Assembly (NCBI GenBank): GCA_001938485.1
Contig: MQRK01203012.1
Location: 1-64,000 of the forward strand
Reading direction: 5' to 3'
Length of the DNA stretch: 64,000 nucleotides
Source: Girardia tigrina
Taxonomy: Eukaryota
Both the position numbers and the translations under genes were made by a program. Shown piece by piece: positions 1 through 14,400 of the stretch (positions are counted from its first letter, which is position 1; each line of letters starts with the position of its first letter). The notes under the pieces are model-generated. The model was not told the origin of the DNA and made no database searches. It worked only from the letters and a program-made list of their open reading frames with translations.

Positions 1-117
1 CCGCGACCGTTGCTATGGTAATCGGGTCGGTTGCCATGGTAACCACGATAACCCATATCGTTGCTATGGTTACGGCCAGGGGGGGGGTGTATGCAGAATG
101 CCCATTTTCTCCCTACT
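1..117. mobile_element. Probable Polinton/Maverick terminal inverted repeat end with three X-box-like palindromes
   Basis: GC-rich block ending CATTTTCTCCCTACT (reverse complement AGTAGGGAGAAAATG; AG-starting termini are typical of Polintons). Homologous to the block ending at 46984. Confidence 0.55.
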
Positions 118-1712
118 ATAGATATTGAATACAATTACTTAATTCTTCTAATTTTTATTATAAAATTTATTTTATTTCTACATCCTTCTTTAGTTTGTGC
201 TTTATTGTCAGTTTGTTCACACCAACTTTTTGTGTTTATTAAACTTTTTGAATAAAGAAAGTAATCAAAGAGCAAAATAAATTGTTTATAAATAAACATT
301 GTAACAAATTCAAGAAAGTATTTACAGAATAACTTAATCAAGATAAATTTTTCAAAGATGATCGCTAATCAGTTGTTATAAGCCACGATCAGGTCGTTCG
401 TTGAAAAATATTGTCACCCGTTTATTTAAAAATATAAAAAAACATTGTTGTAATCGATTGTATATTTGGTGCAATCTTGTTGTTCTGAAAATTGTCAAAA
501 ATTATATTTCAGCCCCTTCAGGGATTCCGAGCACAGTTTACATAAAACTCACTTACCTTGATTGTTAAGGAATATTTAAAATTTAGTATGTTGAAATTCG
601 TATTTGAAAATGTGCTTCTCCCAAGCACATGGAAAACTGGTATTTTGGGTGTTCGTAATGATTAATTGTTCGAGCATGAAATATTATGAAATATAATCTA
701 ACAAATATTTATTGAGAAATATTTATATAAAACCGCAAGAAAGCGGAAAGAAATTACAAACTACAATAGATCACAAAAGCACTAAAAAATTGACAGGAAA
801 AATGTAAAATAATAACCGTTTTCTGAAAACAGCAGGCGAGAAATATAGAATTACAATGATTTTAGAGGATGTGGTTAGGAACGAGTGTACAGATTAATAT
901 CAAATATATAATTTTTTATATAATTTTTCTAATATTTTTTGTTTTAATAATTGAATTTCCCATTTCCTTTATTTATACCTTAAAGTATATCTTTAAAATA
1001 ATATTTTATGGAATTCATTCTGTATATTTTACAGGTTTATTATAATATAGTGTTATTTAGTCAAGAAATCTCATTATATAATTACAAAAATCATCGTTAA
1101 ATATTGCTGAGGTTATTAAATTAAGTAACAATTTGTCCTGTGGCGTAACAAATTTAGCGTCGTAACATCACTGATCACGCGAAAAGGGTTTATTAATCCA
1201 ATACATCAACTTAGCAATAATCAATTAAATAGCCTGCTAAAACAGAGATAAAAAAATTCATAAAACTTGGTAAAAAATGAGGTTTCATTAACTATTTTCA
1301 TTGATTACTGCACTTTTGTTCAAATATCATTAACAAGTTATGTTCGTTTTAAAATACCCAATTTTCAGTCTTCAAACTAAAATTTTAATAGCCATATTTT
1401 TTCATTTTCCTAACAAAAATGAAAAGAAATACATTTTCGAAATCATCATTTTTGTGGAGATCTGGTAATTTCTTTTTGTAAAGTAGACTCAAAGAACCTC
1501 TGAGCAAAGAATGTTGATTGAATTGAAAGTCGAAGTTAATATCATGCGTTACATAAACGATTAGACGGTTAGATAAATGTAATTCATAAAGTGAAAGAAT
1601 AATTATATATTAAAGGAATTTTGGTGAATGAGTTTATATTTTCTACTTTATGTAACAAGTTTTATTAGTTTTTTATAAGTAATATTTTATAGTTTTTTAC
1701 AAAGTTTATATA

Positions 1713-3140
1713 CAGTGCGTTGAAAAAGTAACTGTGCACCTGCAATTTCAAAACAAGAACGATATCCTGTGTTCTAAAAATCAATAACAAAATATTTTGA
1801 ATAGTCAATTTTATGTGAAGAACAANNNNNNNNNNNNNNNNNNNNNNNNNNNNNNNNNNNNNNNNNNNNNNNNNNNNNNNNNNNNNNNNNNNNNNNNNNN
1901 NNNNNNNNNNNNNNNNNNNNNNNNNNNNNNNNNNNNNNNNNNNNNNNNNNNNNNNNNNNNNNNNNNNNNNNNNNNNNNNNNNNNNNNNNNNNNNNNNNNN
2001 AAGTTTGTGGTTTATTTCGGTAAACCTTTTGCTTTATCGCTCCCCACAGGTAAAAGTCCAAAACACTTAGATCTGGGGATCTTGGCGGCCAAATTCCTTT
2101 GGAAATGATTCTCTTCGGGCAGATCTCATTCAGAAAACGAAGCGAAATGTTTGCGGTATGTGCTGTGGCACCATCCTGCTGAAAATAGCCAGTCGATCGT
2201 TCTTCTTTAGTTAACTGGTCGATGAAAGCAGAAAGGATTTCCTTGCAGTACCNNNNNNNNNNNNNNNNNNNNNNNNNNNNNNNNNNNNNNNNNNNNNNNN
2301 NNNNNNNNNNNNNNNNNNNNNNNNNNNNNNNNNNNNNNNNNNNNNNNNNNNNNNNNNNNNNNNNNNNNNNNNNNNNNNNNNNNNNNNNNNNNNNNNNNNN
2401 NNNNNNNNNNNNNNNNNNNNNNGGAAAAAAAGTCTTGTCAAGCATGTCATCCTCATTCAGATTTTCCTTGAACCAATGACAAAACTGGAGTCGCTTTTCA
2501 AAGTCTGTGTCTTTCAACTCATGTTGAAAAATAACACGATATTGATATAAGTTTAAAGTTTTCCTCACGGCGGCATGTGCAGTTCCAACGGATACACTCA
2601 CTTCTTGAGATAAACGGCGCATTGACTTTGCTGCACTCTGGCTCATGGCTTTCGAAATAACATTGACTTTTTGCTACGTTAAAATCGTTGGTCGACCTGA
2701 GCGGGAGGTATCATGAACGGATCCAGTTTCTCTGAACTTGTTCACTAACGCTCGAACTGCATTTCGATAAGGTATTGCTGTTGCGGGAAACTTTTCGGCA
2801 AATTTTTCTTTCACTGCTTCTGTGTATTCACCATTCGCACGAAAGACATGTTCAATCAAAAATATTCTCTCCTCCGTTGACAAAACCATTTTCAATTGGA
2901 ATTAACTTCGCAATAAATTGAATTTCGTCAATGATTAGATTGAATATCAAAATGATATTTTTTTTTAAAAAAATTTAAAACGCTCTGTGTCAAGGTCAAA
3001 AGTTGTAGGTATGTTTTTTGTTCACGAGTCTATTTCATAATTCGATTTCATAGAAATTTGCATTTAAAAAGTCTGCTACAACGCTGATTATCTAAAAATA
3101 AACCAGACAATGAAAGGTGAACAGTGACTTTCTGAACGCA

Positions 3141-3143
<3 letters not shown>
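1713..3143 (-). mobile_element. Tc1/mariner-superfamily transposon (rosa/maT-like DDD), near full length, one in-frame stop
   Basis: About 29-bp TIRs CAGTGCGTT.A.AAAGT.ACTGT.CACCT with TA on both sides. ORFs 2674-2895 (HTH ...FRETGSV..RSGRP) and 1774-2646 (FQQDGATAHT, WPPRSPDLSVLDFYLWG) are in frame across a TAG. Confidence 0.92.
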
Positions 3144-3192
<49 letters not shown>

Positions 3193-3199
3193 AATGCTT

Positions 3200-4560
3200 C
3201 AATTGCAAAAAAGGACATTCCTACAGAAACGGCAACCAAATTCGGAAAATCTAATGTTATACATGCAAAGAAGAAGGCCATATCCGAAGGAATTGTACAA
3301 ACATATGTTGTTCAACGTGCAAGAAGCAAGGACATTTCAGTTACCAGTGTTTTGAAAAACGACAAGTTCAAAGTGGTAATTTTGGATTTAAAAACTTCAG
3401 ACAAAGAAGAAATGACAATGTAGCTGCGATCAATTCAGAGATGAGACTCGTAGAACGTGAAGAATACGATGACGAAATTGATGATTATTATTCAAAAGAT
3501 CGGGCTCCGTCTCCAGGAGAGATGATTGGAGTCATCCACTAAATGGAGGTCATTTTGTTCTCGATCCGTATGTAAATAGTTTATTTTATAAAAAGCGTAA
3601 TATTTTAAATTTTAATAAATCTAGTAATCTTGATTATCTTAGTAAAAATAGTGATAATAAAAATAATAAATTTAAAAATGTATGTATTTAAAATAAACGA
3701 AATAAAATCACTATATATAAAAATGTTAAAAGTAATTCTATTTCGAATGATTCTATTTTCATAATTCTATTTTTATATAGAAGACATGTTGGATATTCTA
3801 AATGGATCTCTGTATTTCAGTACCATTGATTTAGGAAATGCTTATTATTATTATTTCCAATTATGAAATTGGATGAAGAATCACAATAAAAGACGGCATT
3901 CTCAACAAAAGCTGGACAATTCTACTTCAATCGGATGCCTTTTGGAATAGCAGCAGCACCTGCGACGTTCCAGAAACTGATTACAATAGTTCTTGGTGAT
4001 ATGCATTGGAAGGAGGCAATTGTTTATCTAGACGATATTTTGATTTTTTCAAAAACTTTGGAGAAACATTTTCAACGTTTAGATAAAATTTTTCAGAAAA
4101 TATGATATGCGGGATTAAGGATAAATTCAGAAAAATATCATTTTATTAAAGAAGAAACAAAATTTCTTGGATAAGCTCAAAAGGTATAAAGGTAGATGAA
4201 AGTAAGATTGAATCAATAATAAATTATGAAAAACCGAAATTTTTAAAAAAACTTAACAAGTTTTCTAGGATTATGCAATTATTATCATAAGTTTATCAAG
4301 GATTATTCTAAATATTCAAAGAATTTAGAAAATTTTTGTGGATTTAACAAGGACAAACTGATATGGACAGAAACATGCAATGATGCGTTTGTGAAAATGA
4401 AAGAAACATTATCGAAGACACCAGTCCTAGCTTATCCAAATTTTGAGAAAGAATTTATTTTAGATATTGATGCAAGTTTTGATACCATTGGAGCAAACAT
4501 GAGATAGGATCATGTGTAACTAGGAAAGAGTTATTGGATATTTTTTATTTTACTCAATAT
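3200..4560 (+). mobile_element. Degraded Gypsy LTR retrotransposon gag (two CCHC knuckles) and RT/RNase H
   Basis: CYTCKEEGHIRRNC and CSTCKKQGHFSYQC; FSTIDLGNAYY, KTAFST, RMPFGIAAAPATFQ, VYLDDILIFS, PVLAYPNFEKEFILDIDAS; stops and frameshifts. Confidence 0.88.
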
Positions 4561-4609
4561 TTCAATACAGAGTAAAATATTTTTATTGATTTGAGAAAAG
4601 GCCTAATGA

Positions 4610-5150
4610 AAAAGGTTCCTTCGGGTTTTCATATGCAGGTGATCTACATAGATATTTCTCAAATAAATCAAAAACTCCTTCGGGTGTCCAAGCTAAACTA
4701 GTTTATCAATTTAAATGTCGCAAGTGTGAATCCATGTACATTGGAAAAACAAATCGTCATCTCCGTACTAGAATAGCTGAACACACCAAATTGAGTAGGA
4801 ATATCTCGATTCTAGATCACATTAGAGAAATAGAGATAAAGTTAACTATAAAACTGAATTTACAGTTTTGAAGAAAAATTTTGACACATATCATGAGAGG
4901 ATAGTCACTGAGACATTATTAATAAAGCATTTAAAACTATGCTGAAATGTTCAAAGTGAAATATCCAATCATATTAAAATCTTTTAATATTAAAAAAAGA
5001 TTATTTGTGTAATAGTCAATGTACCACATAAATGACTTGTAATTTGAAAATTACTTCACAACTGATGATGCCGTTATGGCGAAACATGTTTTGCAAAATA
5101 AAAAACTTTTAAAATAGAGTTTTTTTTATTTTATTTATAAATAAATTGCC
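4610..5150 (+). mobile_element. Penelope-like element 3' fragment (GIY-YIG endonuclease + pLTR)
   Basis: LVYQFKCRKCESMYIGKTNRHLRTRIAEH, followed by a hammerhead motif and then a (TA)n tract. Confidence 0.88.
5057..5093 (+). ncRNA. Minimal type-I hammerhead ribozyme
   Basis: caa-CTGATGA-t-GCCG tta TGGC-GAAA-CATG-T-T-ttg; intact core with a palindromic stem-III loop. Confidence 0.8.
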
Positions 5151-5655
5151 ATTATATATATATATATATATATATCTGTGTTCATGGAATTTAGAAACCT
5201 ATTTTGAAGGTCTTTTACTCAATCAATTTTCTCCAAACTTTGCATACTTACTCCTTTTCGTTGACAATAAATGATTATGTAAATATTTGATCGAAAAAAA
5301 CTTTTTAAGATCCCGAAATGGAAAAAAACGGAAAATTCGGAGTTCCCAAACAATATTAATTACAAGATACCTACTTATAAATTAGAAGTAGTTTATATTA
5401 ATTTTTATTGTTTTTTTAATAAAAATTTTAAAAACTTTGTTGGCAAAGCAGAGTTCTGTCTGCATAAAGAATGGATATAAAAAATTTAATTTTTTTGATT
5501 TACTAGTATTTCAATTACACTTACATAGAAGAGGAGAAATGTATTACTTCTTATCGAAGATTTTATAGGAATTTTAAAATGTATAACAGAAATGTTTTTT
5601 AAAAAATTTTCAAAAAAATTATTAAGTTAACATAAAATAATTATAAAATATATAC

Positions 5656-7906
5656 TAAATTAGTGATTTGGTAAGCAGCCGTTCTCCAACAGTCTCTTTC
5701 TATTTCCAGTTGCGACACAGTTTTCTCTAATCTCTGTCTCTGCTGCTCGTACAGGGAATGATATTCCCGCAATAAGTCAGCATTGGTTTTGGTTTCCTCT
5801 ACGGCTTCTTTTAACTAATTAACAACAATTTAAATATTCCAAAATAAAACAATCTAATAAAATTAATTATTAAAATTTTTTTAAAAATTGTATTTATTAT
5901 TATTATCATAAATAATAATAATAAATAATAATAAATTAATTTAATATTTTTAACATCAAATTTATTTTCTTTTTAAAGTACTCATAAAATAAAAATACAA
6001 CAAAAATACACTAAACATTGAAAAGCAGGAAATAAACAAAAAAAGTAAAGTTGAAACAAACCATTCCAAATGACATTTAAATATTAATGCAATATTAATT
6101 AACTTCAAAAATATAATTCTAAAAAAAGATTTTCCGAATTTCATAAAACATTACTTTTTATTCTGAAACACGCAATAAAATTCCCAGAAGAAAAGTAAAT
6201 TTATATTTAAAGCATGAAAATATAAAAATAACTTTTTAACCATAATTTTCGTTTTATAATTTTTTACTTTTATAATTTATCATTTATTAAATGCAAAAAT
6301 AATTGTTTATTTATTATTTTCTTTTTAGTTATCATTTTAAAAATAGAAATGAAATTAAAGTTTATTATATAAAAAATATTATTTATAAAAGATAACAACA
6401 TAATCATAAATAGAAAGTAACAAATTAAAAATGTACAGAAATTAAATTAAAAATAATCAAGATGAATTGAATTATAAATAAATATAAATAATACATTTTT
6501 ATTTTTAATATTATATACTTCATTTGATAATTTTTTAATAATTTTCTGATTAACAAAAACACTTTTCCGTATATTCTTTTCAGAAAATATAACAAAAAAA
6601 CTATTTTTTTCTGAATTATAATAATCTTTTGCTGTTTGTTTCATATTACCATATGATTAAGGATTGATAATTATATAAATAACTTATTTATATACATATT
6701 TTAAAGTATTGGTGCGACAGAAATTTTGTTCTTTTGTAAATTATTTAATTAAAAGGTTACTAAAAAAATTTTTCTTTAATTACAAATACTGAAAAATATA
6801 AAAATCTTATTCGATACAAAAAACAAAACTAAATAAAATAATAAGTGTTACGAAAATTGAGTAAAATACAAAGTGTCCGGAATTTAAATTTCAGTTTTAT
6901 TATTTATAGTTTTGAGGAATATTTTTGAATGGTATTTATCGTTTGTTGTTAGGTATGTTGTTTTAGGATTGTGTTTCTCCCACCCAGATGGAAGATTGAT
7001 ATCTTAAATATTTTAAAACGTTGAGTTGTTTAATCAGTTATTAAAAGTTAAATAATCACTTTAAAATTAAACTAATATTTCATAAATAATATTTTAAATA
7101 TAATTTCTTAAAATAAATAAAAATTATTTTAAATTTTAATTATAAATAATTTTTGTAATAATTAAATTATAATTTAAAGTATAAATTATTTTGGTAATGA
7201 TTAAATTGTATTTTAAACTTGTTTGAATAATAAGGCGTTAAAGAATATTATTAAAGATTATCAATCAAGAACGATGACGAGCTACGCAAGTTTTAAGGAG
7301 AATTGTTGTAGTGACAATTCAAATTGTGATAATAATAAATGTAAAGGAAACTCCATTAATGTTCTTAATAATAGTATTATCTAGGTATATTTAGTTTTTT
7401 TTTTGTATTGAAAATAAAAAAAATCAAATTTGTTCGATTGGAATATTTGTTAGTCAAAAATATAGATATTCGTACAATCAAATAAATCACCAAGTTAAGG
7501 TTGAAATTGTTAATTTCAGATTGAAATTATAATAATAAAAATCGTCAATTCAAAACACTCAAAATATTCCTAAAAAGTGAATTAGTGATTTAAAAATTCA
7601 CCTGACTGATGAAACTCACTCTGATTGGTTGACCAATCAGAGAAAGCCAATCGACTCATTCAAAATCACTGCTCACTACAACTAGCACACACAATCACGG
7701 TATACCATCCTAACAATCGTTAAAAATAACAAAAACAATATAACCTAATATGAGATTTCTTTGTTCGGGTTTATCTCAATCAATTATTTAAATTATTAGT
7801 ATTTTTAGATGTAAATATTTTTAATAGTAATTTAATTTTTAATCATTCTATACTGTTTTTTATAAACATACACAAAGGCAAACAATAAATTTGTGATATA
7901 CAGTTC

Positions 7907-7946
<40 letters not shown>

Positions 7947-7996
7947 NNNNNNNNNNNNNNNNNNNNNNNNNNNNNNNNNNNNNNNNNNNNNNNNNN

Positions 7997-8032
<36 letters not shown>

Positions 8033-11000
8033 AAAGTTCAACTCAAAGTACTGGTTGGTTTATTAAAAAATTTTAATTATTATGACCCAATTAAACATTC
8101 TCTCAAATGAGTATTAATTTTAATTATTCAATTATTTCATTTACAGAAACAAATTAATTTAATTCCCGAAAAAATTAAGTTTCAACTTTTTATAACAGCA
8201 AATCTAAAAATATTTTTGTATTCCATCGTTAAGAGAATTCCTTATTGATTTTAAAGTATTTCAATTTTATTTAATAAATATAATTTAGAAAAATTATACT
8301 TATAGATCTTCTAAATATGAGTAATTAGTTTTTAAATTATTATATAATTCAATTTTAGAACCTTCCAATAATCTCTCTTTTTTGTAAACTCCACAGACGA
8401 AAGATGGAGATGAAAATTCAGCGAGTAAATTAGTAAAATTGGATTAAATTCTCTTCGACAATACAATGAATACAGAAATATTAGAAATTTTGACAATAAA
8501 TTTGCAGTAATATTATTATTATTATTAATATTTTTGTCATTTAAAGCTTTATTAAATTTAGAAATAAAATGATACAGTTAGAGACAATTTTTATTCATGA
8601 AAGAAAATGAATAAATTATTGATGAAAAGGATGGAAATATAAATTAAAGATATTAACACAGAATTAAAGGATTAGATGGAGATTATAAATTTGTCAGATG
8701 TAACTTGACAGAGTAACTAGGATATTTAGGAATTCTGTCACGTATGACACCCGACGAAACAAGATAAGATTTGTGAATTATGATAAGAAATATGATTGTT
8801 TCATATTTGTTTACCGTTGGGTCTATATATATTACAGATATGTGTATATATATAGGGCCTCAGTATTTAAAGAATTATTAATCGATTAATGATTAATTTA
8901 TAATACCACTGAGGAGGTATTTAAATTAGTTCGCTGATCAAAATTTAAAGGGGTTTAAAAATTATTTTGAACTTTGTTCGCAAATTTTTATTCTCGATTT
9001 TTCAGTCACGTTTCCAAAATTGATTTATCGGTTCCGTATATGTGTTGGTGCGTCAGTCGTATTGGGGAGAGAGAAAGTCATTGTGTGCTGATTGAGTTGT
9101 TAAATTTTAATTTTACTATTTCAATTTATTTTGTATACAAATTTTATTTACAATTAAATCCCGATAGATGGTGATTTTGTTTGTTCACACTGAGGATTTT
9201 TTCTTGAAAATTATTGTAAAAAATAATATTAATATGCTTATTCGTAAACGATTAATGTGATTATTTAAAGAAATATTGATTAAGATTTTCATATCGGAGA
9301 ACAACAAAATAAATTTTTATATTATCAATTTAAGATACTTATTTTATGATATAATGTTCCATATAAAAATACAACATTTGTGTTGACGTTGTAAGGCATC
9401 CTAAGCAAATTTATCGTGACACCATATGCCATAAGTATCTAACAACATGTAAAAAGAATATTTATATAAATAATTAATAAAATCAGAGAATAAAGAATGC
9501 GATTTGATTAATCTTTTATTAGAAAACAAAACATGATCTCAATTGTAGTATCTACATTTTTGTGTAAATGTTTGGGACTTGAAAAATCGTTTAATGAAAA
9601 GTGTTACTTCGGGTTTTAACTGGCAGATGATTTTTGTAAAAAGTGAACTGACGAAATATTTATCTAATAAATTGAAAATTCCATTATGTGTTCAAGCTAA
9701 TCTAGTATATCAATTTAAATTCATAGGTGAATCAAATCGTCATCTCTGACCTAGAATTGCTGAACATATGCAGTGGAGAAGAAATAGTTCGATTCCTCAT
9801 TACATTGAAAAATGCTAAAATAATGATACAGTTAGCTATGAAAATGAATTTTCAGTCTTGAATAAAAATTTTGATATATATTTTTAGAGGATGGTCACTG
9901 AAGAGATACATTAATTTCATCAACTTATTTTTTTTATCAAAATTTTCTCATCAAAATTTTTTCATGGAAGTTTTTTGTTGATTTTTTTGTTGTTTTTTTT
10001 AATATTTTTTGTTAATATTTTTCATCGTAATATGTTTTATCACAAATTACTTTCAGCAAAATTAATTTCAATAAAATAGTTTTCAATAATTTTTTTTGAT
10101 CGAAATCTATGAGATATTTTTTTTCAATTTAATTTTTATAAATGGAGAAAAAATATAAAGAATTTCACAAATATTTTTTACAAAGTATTTGAAATTTTGA
10201 AAATAGTTTTGTAATTTTTAAAGCAATATATTTCGGCAGAATATCCGTCATCATCAGACAGTAATAAAACAATTTTTTAATGGCGTCTTAATTTTTAAAA
10301 AGCATTTATTTTTTAAATTTACCAGTATTAAATTATTTTCATTAAGAATTTAAAAATATATGTAACAAAAAAGTAATAAACATTAAAAAAATTTTATCGG
10401 TTTTTATATTTGTAAAAATGTTTACTAGATAGTAACTTATTAATTATGTTGAAAATAAATATGATTTTTTTCAGTCCAAATATTTCAATAAATAAAATCA
10501 CTATTAATAAAAAATATGAATAATAAGAAAAATTTAACCTTTCAATGGAGAATAAAAATAAAGTATTATTTAGATTAAAGAGAATTGAAAATAAATAATT
10601 TTAAATTATTTTGATGAAGTTTTAAAATTTTTTTCAAAAAATTTCTTAAAATTAATTAAGAAAAAGTTTAGTTTAAAATATACAAATCATGAAAAGATAT
10701 ATACATTTGTATGTTAATTGAAATTCATATGAATAAATTTACATACATGGAAAAATATATTAGAAATCATTTATTGAAAATACATTAACATAGAAAACTT
10801 TATAAATTCAAAAAACAAAACCTTAGGTTTAATAACATATTTAATACAAGTCCGAATAAGAAATATTTCTTATGACAATTCTGAGACCACTTTGAATCAT
10901 TCTTCTTAATTATGCAATTAATTATTTTGTAACTGGAATTTGAACTTAGTGCTTAAAATACTGCATCATTGCGAGATATTCTGAACTCATTGTAAATGTT

Positions 11001-11397
11001 GTGGTCCTTTTTTACATTGATAAATTTCCTTATATATAAATGGTATGCTGCTAGAGTTTCATTTAATCGTTTATGCCAACCGATGATGGAATTATTGGTA
11101 ATAGCAAGATCATCGTTGATAGCCTAAAATACATTTCACAAAGAAATTTTAAATAAAAGATAAAAAAATTAAATAAAATTCATTTCGACGAAAGAAATAT
11201 CTAAGAATGCACTTTGGACTTTCTTAAAACCATGCTTAAATATCCAAATCTAATCATATTAATTTCTTTTATTGATAAATTGCGTAATATTCAATGTGGC
11301 GTATAAATGACTAGTAATCTGAAATTAATACACAACTGAATATGCCGTAATGACGAAAAATGTTTTATTTTCTAATAAAAATTATTAAAATAGCGTC

Positions 11398-11438
<41 letters not shown>

Positions 11439-14400
11439 TAAATACTAAATAATTTTCTGGTTTATACTTTAATTTTTATAACATTTTTAAACAAGCCAGT
11501 TACATTTAAAATGATTTTTATTTAAATAAGTAATGTAATTTATTTTAAAATCTGAATCTATTTTAAAATGAATCAAAATACATTAATCCTTTGTATTTGT
11601 TTCTTAAGAAGCATCAGTTCACCGTATTATTTCCCTGAAAGGTCGTCTTAAGCCCATGATTAGATTAGTTGGTAAAGCATCATTTCATTTGATTAAGTAA
11701 AATCAAAAATAAGATGTATATCATATAATAATTGCTTGAATGCATTTTAAACAATAATTTTATACTAAATAAACAATCACTGAGTAAAAAACGTTTATGC
11801 CTTATGTTATAATAATTCTTGTTTTCGCGATTTGTGTGTATTCATACATTTTCCATAATTTTTTACATCAAAAGAGTAATTAGTATAATCACAATCAAAG
11901 TAAATGTTGGATATCAAAACTTCAAACTGCTAGATCCACTCCAAACCTAAATTGATTCCAAAAGAATAATATGATATCCATTTGATAGAAATTTGACGAA
12001 ATCTGCATTTTAAACTTATTAAAAACACCAATGTACTTTCAATATTTTTATTTGTATTACAAGTTCAATTGTCCTCAGAAAAATCTTTTCAAAGGTTTTG
12101 TACATTTGCATCCTTCTAATTAATTATTGATTTTAATTCTATTACCTGAGTAAATTGAGATTACATAGTTCTTTAAAATATTTACTACAGTCAATCTCTA
12201 TTTAACGAACGTCTATTTAACGAAAACTATATTTAACAAAGGATTTTTCCTGTACCAACGAAGAATTTTAGCTTTAATTTTACCTCTTTATTTACCTCTT
12301 TAGTCTGCATTTAACGAAGTATTTTTTGGTCCCTTCCACTTCGTTATATAGAGGTTCCACTGTACAAATTTTATTGGATAAAAATTAAAATAAAGATAAT
12401 TATTTAAAAAAATATTAATTTAAATTACTTATTTAAAAATTGTAAATCAAATAATTCAAATTATTTAAAATTTTAAAATTATTTTAAATTAGAAATAAAT
12501 TTAAACATGACATATTTTCAGATAATAGAAATAAATTTAAACATGACATATTTTCAGATAATAGGAATTAAAATATTAATCATCTATCTGGGTAGGAGAG
12601 ACACAATCCCAAATCAACATACACATTCAAACACGAAACATTCTAAATATTTATCATAAAAATTGTTTTGAATTGTCGTACAATTCAACATGGAACTTTA
12701 CAGTTAGTAAACCTGATAGAGTTTACTAGTTGAAAAGTATTCTAGACATGTTCGATGAACATAAAAAAGTACAATGAATATTGTTCATCGAAAACGTGCT
12801 TTTTTCAAAAGTTACATGCGAGATTACATACATTTAACCAGCAACATGATTAACAAATCAAACATATAGCCCAAATGTTGATCCATCTGATAATGATCAC
12901 CACCAAACAATGCAACACTTATGTTATATCCCCGATTTAAGTCATTTAATGAAGTTGAAAAAGTCTGTCTAAGATTTTTGATTCAAAGATCTGCCAATGG
13001 TTGGTTTACGAGAATGAGACTGATTGCATTTAGTGCATTTTTCTTAATTTTAAGGAAAAGTGAAATAAAGTTATTTTCATCCAATAATTTATTAGATAAA
13101 TTAAATTTATTTTCGGCAAGCTACCATANNNNNNNNNNNNNNNNNNNNNNNNNNNNNNNNNNNNNNNNNNNNNNNNNNNNNNNNNNNNNNNNNNNNNNNN
13201 NNNNNNNNNNNNNNNNNNNNNNNNNNNNNNNNNNNNNNNNNNNNNNNNATATATATATATATATATATATATACAAATGTTCTAGAAAATTTAAGAGCTT
13301 AACAAGAATAACTTACATGATGAGTGAAAAGTCTATAAATATTACAATACCTGAAACTCAAATTTAAACAAAGAATTTTGTATTTCTACTACATCCAAAA
13401 TTTGATGCTAAGCACGAATATGATAGTCATTTTCATCTTATACGTCCCGATTATTGGTAAATTGAAAAAAATAATAACAATATATTTTTATATTTAAAAC
13501 AACGTTCGATCTTTACACGATAAACCCAAGATAATAAATTAAAACAATAAAAAATTAAATAATAATCAAATGATTATTTTTTTTAATATTGAATTGTTTT
13601 TGAATCGAATAATGGCACATAAAGATAAATTAAATTTAGACAGCATTATTGCCTATCTCTTGGAAGTTCGTGCATCACGACCGAAGAAAAATGTTCAATT
13701 GACCGAAAAGGAATCGCGGGATTTAAAAATAAAAAATTCAACCGGATTGTTTATGGAAGAGCTATTGAAGATCAAATTGATATACGTTGATTATAAATCA
13801 AAAGGAATTGAAATTGTGGAAAATATGAATGTCGGCGAAGCGACAATTGAGGGGAAAACGAAACAATACCGGATTTTGACGTTTTGTGCTTGATTGTGTC
13901 CAAAGGCAAAATGACCGACGGTGACTGTGTGAAGAGTTACTTAATGGAAGGCGAAGCGGCGATTAGTACGAAAACGGCGACTCAAATTTTCGAATTATTG
14001 TTTTTGGTGGTATCAAGTCATTTTATTAAGCAACATTACGAAACTAATTTTATTGCTAAAAAATTCAATATGATTTCAATTGAGTGGGTCACGAGAAGGA
14101 TCGCTACAGGATCTTTTTTAAAGAGAAATATCGGTGTTCCGGTGGGTTATAAATTTTGTCCGGTTAAACAAGCAATGTTTTTCAAAAATGACACCAATCA
14201 CGATTCACAAATAGTTGCTGCTGAACTGAATTTCAGGCCAAAGCAACGGATTATAACAAAGAAAGATGTTCGAGTTATGTCAGAAATGACAATCGCGATT
14301 TTTGAAAATTTAGAAAAATTTTGGAGAAGTTTAAATTGTCAATTAATCGATATAAAAATTGAATGAGACGTTGATGATTTCCTTCGATTACTTGATGTTC

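Noticed and set aside
7605-7625. CTGATGA cores here and at ~18554, 20164, 21610, 50138 and 63896
   Set aside because: No stem II followed by GAAA, so these are not hammerheads.
7832-8041. YI-repeat and X-containing ORFs (also 3048, 43013, 59659-60026)
   Set aside because: Artefacts of (TA)n microsatellites and N gaps.
8699-9190. Possible solo LTR (TG...CA)
   Set aside because: No target-site duplication or second copy is visible.
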